Positions 58,618 to 64,000 of a DNA stretch of 64,000 nucleotides are shown in pieces. The notes beneath the pieces were generated by a model. The model saw nothing but the letters and a program-made list of their open reading frames with translations, did no database searches and was not told the origin of the DNA. Source of the stretch: an uncultured Ruminococcus sp. (lineage in GTDB: Bacteria; Bacillota; Clostridia; Oscillospirales; Ruminococcaceae); NCBI GenBank assembly GCA_964472035.1, contig CAYYIT010000007.1, positions 279 to 64,278 on the forward strand, given 5' to 3'. Every line of letters starts with the position of its first letter. Position 1 is the first letter of the stretch. The position numbers and the translations under genes were made by a program.

Positions 58618-59481
58618 TTATTCCTTTGTAGCCATTTTTTCAAGTTCCGCCAAAGAACATCCAGCCTGATTTTTCCAGGTTCGCGGGCCGCTTACACTAT
58701 ATCCGAGCACAAAATCTGCCGCTGCAGAAGAACTGCTGAACAAGATATCTTCTGTAGTCATCAGGCTGTCAACCTTTCCGTCTGCAAACAATTTCTCTCT
58801 CAGCTTTGTTATTCCTGAACCCAAGGATTTTACAGAAGTCTTTTCATTCACCTTTGCGCCTTTGAACACAACAAAGCCTTCTGCTGTTACGATACCAATT
58901 GCGGAAGCATTACCAATATTGATATAGAGCTTCTCTTTTTCCGCAGCTGGCTGCACCAAAGCCGGTTGCAGCAGCGGTTCTAACACCTTATATCCCAAAG
59001 CATTGAGCAGAATTTTCACATTATCAACAAACTCTTCCATAACATCAATCTGGGATTCTTTCATCACCGTATTACGATATGTGTTTTTTGTTAGAATCCT
59101 GTAGCGGTTACAGCTTCGACCGATCTCCACCAATCGATTTTCAAGATAGCGGATAAGTGCTTTATTCAGATCGCGTCCGATAAAAATCACCGCTGTATTC
59201 CAATAATACCGTTCTTTCTCCGCCTGATAATCTCGAAGATGTTGTACCAATCGTTCTCTGACATTTTCAGCTTCACCAATATAGACCGAATCCGATCCAT
59301 CATCCTCTTTGCAGAACAGAAAATAGACACCGGCCTGTACGATATCATCACGATGGCAAGGAACAACCTCAATACGAGGGATTTTCAGTGCTTTTCCATT
59401 CCAATTTGACAATTCAGCTGTAATCAGGCTATCTGCAGTACCATTTACAAGAAACAGCTCTATCGTTTTACCAAATGCCAT
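58618..59481 (-). CDS. GIY-YIG nuclease-family protein with a C-terminal DUF4357-like domain
   Basis: Start is ATG 59481 (GGAGG 5 nt upstream). GVYFLFCKEDDGSDSVYIGEAENVRERLVQH matches the GIY...YIG pattern. The C-terminus is FSSSSAAADFVLGYSVSGPRTWKN. The gene is visibly AT-rich compared with its neighbours. Confidence 0.7.
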   Translation of the reverse strand: MAFGKTIELFLVNGTADSLITAELSNWNGKALKIPRIEVVPCHRDDIVQAGVYFLFCKEDDGSDSVYIGEAENVRERLVQHLRDYQAEKERYYWNTAVIFIGRDLNKALIRYLENRLVEIGRSCNRYRILTKNTYRNTVMKESQIDVMEEFVDNVKILLNALGYKVLEPLLQPALVQPAAEKEKLYINIGNASAIGIVTAEGFVVFKGAKVNEKTSVKSLGSGITKLREKLFADGKVDSLMTTEDILFSSSSAAADFVLGYSVSGPRTWKNQAGCSLAELEKMATKE

Positions 59482-59527
59482 TTGTACCTCCATTTTCAAT
59501 CAACCAATAATCCCATTGATTTCCTTC

Positions 59528-60886
59528 TCATCGAGCATCTTTTGTCATCACTGCCACCACTTCACAATGCGCCGTATGTGGAAACAGATCCACGGGTCTC
59601 ACCTTTTCAAGGCGGTAGCCCTTTTCTGTCAGGATGGCGGCATCCCTTGCGGCAGTCGCCGGGTTGCAGGAGATCATGACGATCCGTTCCGGCTGCATGG
59701 CTGTGACGGCATCGAGCGTTACCGTATCGCATCCCTTACGAGGGGGATCCAGCACGATCACATCGGGACGGATCCCGTCACGATGGAGCTGCTGCGCGAC
59801 ATTTCCGGCATCACCGCAGAAAAACTGTGCGTTATCGATACCGCTGCGCCTTGCATTTTCCGCGGCATTCTCCACCGCTTCCGGCACGATCTCCGCACCG
59901 ATCACGCTGGCAGCACTGTCCGCCATGGAAAGGCCGATGGTTCCGGCACCGCAGTACAGATCGAGCAACACTTCCCTGCCGGTCAGCTGCGCATATTCCT
60001 TGGCGATGGCATAGAGCTGCTCCGCCTGGGCTGTGTTCACCTGATAAAACGACTCCGGCGAGATCGTGATGGAATTGCCGCACATGGTATCCTTGAGAAC
60101 CGGAGCGCCGTGCAGCGTTTCCGTTCTGCTGCCGAGGATGACATTGGTGCGTTCGGGATTGATATTCTCACTGATACTCACGATCTGCGGAAAGCGCGCT
60201 GTTACAGCAGGGATCACCCTGCCAAGCTTGCGGCGAATGGACTTTCTTACCACAAAGCAGAGCATGATCTCCTCGCTGTGATAGCCGCGCCGCAGATAGA
60301 TATGGCGCAGCAGACCCGTTCCCTGCTGTTCATCGTATGCGGACACTTCCGCTTCGTCCAGAAGCGGCAGCAGGAACTGCAGGATCTCGCTGAACACCGC
60401 AGGCTGCAGCGCGCAGTCGAGCTGCGGGATCACACGATGGCTGTGCTTTGCATAGAAGCCGCAAACGAGCTTTCCATCCTGCTTCGCAATGGGATACTGC
60501 GCTTTGTTGCGGTAGCCGTCCTGCTCGGCCGCACCGAGGATCGGTTCGAACACCGGAGAAAGGCCGCCGATCCGTGTAAAGGCGTCCTGCACCGCCTGCT
60601 CCTTATACCGCAGCTGGGCTTCATACCGGATATGCCGGAATACGCAGCCGCCGCACTGACGGAACACGGGGCAGTCCGCTTCCTTGCGATCCTTGGAAGG
60701 CTCGAACAGTGTCTCGATGATGCCGAAGGCATAATGCTTCAGAACCTTGACGATGCGCACGCGCAGCCGGTCGCCGACCGCTGTCAGGGGAACGAATACC
60801 GCCATTCCTTCAATACGGGCAACACCGCTGCCCTCCGAGGTCATGCCGGTGATCTCCGCTTCATAGATCTCATTCTTCTTCAGCAT
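59528..60886 (-). CDS. rlmD: 23S rRNA (uracil-5)-methyltransferase RlmD/RumA family (TRAM domain plus Fe-S plus MTase)
   Basis: Start is trimmed to MLKKNEIYEAEITGMTSEGSGVARI. It has a CPVFRQCGGC cluster motif, DLYCGAGTIG, and DPPRKG...SCNP. Confidence 0.85.
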   Translation of the reverse strand: MLKKNEIYEAEITGMTSEGSGVARIEGMAVFVPLTAVGDRLRVRIVKVLKHYAFGIIETLFEPSKDRKEADCPVFRQCGGCVFRHIRYEAQLRYKEQAVQDAFTRIGGLSPVFEPILGAAEQDGYRNKAQYPIAKQDGKLVCGFYAKHSHRVIPQLDCALQPAVFSEILQFLLPLLDEAEVSAYDEQQGTGLLRHIYLRRGYHSEEIMLCFVVRKSIRRKLGRVIPAVTARFPQIVSISENINPERTNVILGSRTETLHGAPVLKDTMCGNSITISPESFYQVNTAQAEQLYAIAKEYAQLTGREVLLDLYCGAGTIGLSMADSAASVIGAEIVPEAVENAAENARRSGIDNAQFFCGDAGNVAQQLHRDGIRPDVIVLDPPRKGCDTVTLDAVTAMQPERIVMISCNPATAARDAAILTEKGYRLEKVRPVDLFPHTAHCEVVAVMTKDAR

Positions 60887-62345
60887 ATTCGTTCTCCATT
60901 CGTAAAAGGATCTCTTCGATGGTCTGTTTCTTTTCCATGAGCTTGTCAAACTGCTGGATATACTCATAGGGGAATTTATAGTTATGCACGCGGGTGATCC
61001 TGCCGTTCTCTTCCACAAGCTTTGTGGAAGCACCGCATCCTGCGCCGAGGATCGTCTGGGTCTCGTCCATGATCAGGATATTGTAGAGATTCTCCTTGCC
61101 GGGTTTGGCATAACCGATATTCTCAAGATTGCCGATGGTATTCTTCTGACGGTACATATAATAGGGACGATAGCCGCCCTCTGCGAGATGCTGCGCGGAA
61201 TGATCCACCATCGATTCCACCGCATGCACACGCTCGGCATGGCTGGTGCCATAGAGTTCCGCAGCACGCTTGAGCGTCAGGGTATGTACAGTAATGCTGT
61301 CGGGCTGCAGTGCCATGACACGCTGCAGCGTATCGCAGAAGCCCTCGTAGGTATCGGTGGGAAGGCCTGCGATCAGGTCCATGTTGATATCATCGAAGCC
61401 AAGTTCTCTTGCGATGCGGAACGCATCGTGGGTCTGCTGGGAGGTATGCCGTCTGCCGATGGCTTCAAGGACGCTGTCCTGCAGCGTCTGGGGATTGACG
61501 GAAATGCGTGTGGCTCCCAGATCACGGATCACACGGAGCTTGTCCTCCGTGATGGTGTCGGGACGTCCGGCCTCGACGGTGTATTCCCTTGCACCGGCGA
61601 TGTCGATGTGCTGCGCGATTGCCTCCATGAGCATGCGCATCTGATCGGCAGTCAGGGTCGTGGGCGTTCCTCCGCCGATATAGACCGACTGCACCGAAAG
61701 ATCATGACGGCGGATCATTTCTCCGAGAATCCGGATCTCATCACAGAGCTTTTCCACATAAGCAGGAATCAGATTGCCTGCACTTTCGATGGAATGGGAA
61801 ACAAACGAGCAATAGCTGCATCTGGTGGGACAGAACGGAATGGATACATACAAGCCGATCTCCTTCCGGTTATGCGGAAGGATGGGGTACTGGACAAGTG
61901 CTGTCTCACGCGCGAGGCGGAGCTTCTCGTCGGAAATGCGGTAACGGTCCTGCAGGATGCTGCAGGCTTCGTCCGCGGTCTTGCCGGTATCCATCAGCTG
62001 CACGACCTTGCGCACGGGACGGATGCCCGTCAGCATGCCCCATGGCGGCGTATAGCCGGTCATTTCCCGCAGTACAAAATACAGCAGATGGCAGAGCGAA
62101 TACTCCGCATCTCCTTCGCGGAGCAGTGCGGAGGCCTCCCGATGCTTACCGTGGAGATCGATCACGACCCTGCACATGCCATCGCCGATCTCGGTGAGGA
62201 TGGTGTTCGGGACGTCCTCCGGAATCACGCCGTCGGCGCAGATCCGGAAGCGCACATCCGGAACAAAGAGCTTTGAGATCGCGTGTACTTCATATTCAAA
62301 CTGATGATTGCGGAAGATCAATGCATATTCGTAATTCTGGTTCAT
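60870..62345 (-). CDS. Radical-SAM coproporphyrinogen-III-oxidase-like protein (HemN/HemZ family)
   Basis: IPFCPTRCSYCSF (the CxxxCxxC radical SAM motif), 491 aa. Confidence 0.8.
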   Translation of the reverse strand: MNQNYEYALIFRNHQFEYEVHAISKLFVPDVRFRICADGVIPEDVPNTILTEIGDGMCRVVIDLHGKHREASALLREGDAEYSLCHLLYFVLREMTGYTPPWGMLTGIRPVRKVVQLMDTGKTADEACSILQDRYRISDEKLRLARETALVQYPILPHNRKEIGLYVSIPFCPTRCSYCSFVSHSIESAGNLIPAYVEKLCDEIRILGEMIRRHDLSVQSVYIGGGTPTTLTADQMRMLMEAIAQHIDIAGAREYTVEAGRPDTITEDKLRVIRDLGATRISVNPQTLQDSVLEAIGRRHTSQQTHDAFRIARELGFDDINMDLIAGLPTDTYEGFCDTLQRVMALQPDSITVHTLTLKRAAELYGTSHAERVHAVESMVDHSAQHLAEGGYRPYYMYRQKNTIGNLENIGYAKPGKENLYNILIMDETQTILGAGCGASTKLVEENGRITRVHNYKFPYEYIQQFDKLMEKKQTIEEILLRMENEYAEEE

Positions 62346-62965
62346 AGCAGACTCCTCAGATAGGGATTGGTGCGGCGTTCCTGCTCGAGTGTCGTGGAAC
62401 CGCCATGTCCAGGATGGACCGCAGCGTCCCCCGAAAGGGATGCCAGGCGCTTAAGGGATGCGCGCATTTCGGCCGGATCACCGCCGAGATCAGTTCTGCC
62501 CATGCTGCCTGCAAAGAGCGTATCCCCAGTAAAGAGAACATCCTTCACCCGATAGCAGACGCCGCCGGGGGTATGGCCGGGGGTATGCAGAACGGTGATC
62601 TGACAGCTGCCGATCGTGAGCACATCGCCCTCGGAAACGGTGCGGTATTCCTTCACGACCTCGTATGGCAGCGGTGTGATATGGCTTGCAAGATTGCGCT
62701 GTGCGCTCTCGAGCATGGGTGCATCCGCTTCATGGATATAGACCGTCGCTCCGGTCGCCTTACGGACGGCCTCCACGCCGCCGATATGATCATAATGCCC
62801 ATGCGTCAGCAGGATCGCCGCAAGACGCAGCTCCTTGCGTTTCAGGAAACGCAGCAGCTGCTCGGGATCATTGCCGAGATCGATCGCCGCACAAAGACCG
62901 TCGCCGCAATCCAGCACATGGCAGTTGGCGGAAAGCTCGCCGAGCATCAGTGTTTCTATTTTCAT
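62342..62965 (-). CDS. MBL-fold metallo-hydrolase (glyoxalase II-like)
   Basis: LLTHGHYDHIGG (HxHxDH motif), HTPGHTPG. Confidence 0.85.
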   Translation of the reverse strand: MKIETLMLGELSANCHVLDCGDGLCAAIDLGNDPEQLLRFLKRKELRLAAILLTHGHYDHIGGVEAVRKATGATVYIHEADAPMLESAQRNLASHITPLPYEVVKEYRTVSEGDVLTIGSCQITVLHTPGHTPGGVCYRVKDVLFTGDTLFAGSMGRTDLGGDPAEMRASLKRLASLSGDAAVHPGHGGSTTLEQERRTNPYLRSLL

Positions 62966-63095
62966 AGGGTCTCACTCCTGTTTTCAATATCAGTTCCATT
63001 GTATCATACAAACCGCAAAAAATCAAGGCTTACGGCAGAAAACACCTCAAAAAAAGCAGCACCCTCCGATCAGATCAGGAGGATGCTCTTACGCC

Positions 63096-63443
63096 TTACA
63101 AATCGGATGATCCGCCGGTTTCCATTCCGGGATTGGCATCCGTAAACGGCTTGTCCTGTAAGCGCTCAAACACAATGTCATAGCCGTTGTTGCTCTGATA
63201 ATTCAAAGAACGGTTGACGCGGCTGATGGTGGCTGTGCTTGCACCGGTAGCAGTCACAATATCACTGTACACATGATGCGCACGCAGCATCTTTGCCACC
63301 TGTAATCTCTGGGACATGGTCTGGAGTTCCAGAACGGTACACAGATCTTCAAAAAATGCTTTGCACTCCTCACGGGTCTTCAGGCACAGAACTGCGTCGT
63401 AAAGCTCATCGAGAACATCAGGATTGATCTTTCCACGTTTCAT
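63096..63443 (-). CDS. YerC/YecD-family TrpR-like DNA-binding protein
   Basis: ECKAFFEDLCTVLELQTMSQRLQVAKML...SDIVTATGASTATISRVNRSL. Confidence 0.8.
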   Translation of the reverse strand: MKRGKINPDVLDELYDAVLCLKTREECKAFFEDLCTVLELQTMSQRLQVAKMLRAHHVYSDIVTATGASTATISRVNRSLNYQSNNGYDIVFERLQDKPFTDANPGMETGGSSDL

Positions 63444-63623
63444 AGTATCAGATTCCTTTCTGTATATCGTTATTTATATTTTAACACAGTATCGCATAAA
63501 AGTAAAGCCTTTTTTGCAAATTTTACAATTTATTTTTGAATTCTGTCCAAAAACACGGTGCAGCATTCGTAATCATTAGTGAAAGGTCTTTCAGAATATC
63601 TGTAAGGAGAGGAGGTTCCGTAT

Positions 63624-64000
63624 ATGGAGGATCATCGGATCAGGCAAATGGTACTCCGGCGCGAAACGCATGCGATGGAAACGCTGCTGGAACTGCATGG
63701 CAATACCATCAAATCGGTTGTGTACCGGTATCTGGGTTCCCTTGTGGAAGTCAGGGAGGAATGCATCGGCGATGTACTGTGGAGCATCTGGGAGCATATG
63801 GAGCAATTCGATCCTGAACGCAGCACTTTGCGCAGCTGGATCGCGGCGATCTGCCGTTATCGCGCGATCGATTACCGGAGACAGCATCTCAGACGGCTGC
63901 AGACGCTCTCACTGGAGGAATGCACGGATCGCGGTATCGGCATTGCCGCTCCCGAACCAGAAGCCTTCTCCGCGGAAACCGAAGCGCTGCTTGACATCCT
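63624..64000 (+). CDS. Sigma-70 family (ECF-like) RNA polymerase sigma factor, truncated at the 3' end by the window
   Basis: It is missing from the ORF track because it has no stop. My translation from ATG 63624 (GGAGAGGAGG upstream) gives MEDHRIRQMVLRRETHAMETLLELHGNTIKSVVYRYLG...FDPERSTLRSWIAAICRYRAIDYRRQH, which is a region-2 pattern. Confidence 0.7.
   Translation, partial: MEDHRIRQMVLRRETHAMETLLELHGNTIKSVVYRYLGSLVEVREECIGDVLWSIWEHMEQFDPERSTLRSWIAAICRYRAIDYRRQHLRRLQTLSLEECTDRGIGIAAPEPEAFSAETEALLDI

Overview
This 64-kb window looks like chromosome from a moderately high-GC Clostridia genome, probably Oscillospiraceae/Ruminococcus-like. That placement is an inference from two dockerin-bearing GH9 cellulases, Firmicute gene order (ecfA1-ecfA2-ecfT...truA; ruvC-ruvA-x-ruvB) and many TTGACA-17-TATAAT promoters. 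I call about 50 protein genes and a 4-tRNA operon (Gly-Gly-Arg-His). I found no rRNA, CRISPR array, transposase or integrase.

Most of the window is ordinary core metabolism:
- An AraC-controlled galactoside permease-lacZ-galK-galE-galT operon.
- A polyamine operon: speA-speE-speB-carboxy(nor)spermidine dehydrogenase-decarboxylase.
- ClpC-like ATPase, ECF transporter, glmM, ruvABC, pheA, and rRNA/tRNA modification enzymes.

The regions worth a second look are:
1. A low-GC island at 1-5.2 kb. It holds a DprA/Smf-like operon (cut by the window edge), divergent from an HsdM-HsdS fusion methyltransferase with no R subunit and a variant DCPF catalytic motif. A HipA-family kinase follows, whose frame is broken inside an A9 homopolymer.
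2. A membrane protein that combines a zinc ribbon, a vWA domain and a canonical animal-type C-type lectin domain.
3. A GH9-dockerin-GH16 bifunctional cellulosomal enzyme, convergent with a paralogous GH9-dockerin gene.
4. A terminator/attenuator leader, with a possible Pro-rich leaderless uORF, and an unclassified GC-rich structured block, both upstream of the polyamine operon.
5. A single-gene low-GC islet encoding a GIY-YIG/DUF4357-like nuclease.
6. Paralogous lipoproteins, one carrying a 21-bp tandem repeat.

All functional calls come from reading motifs in the translations. No database search was run.
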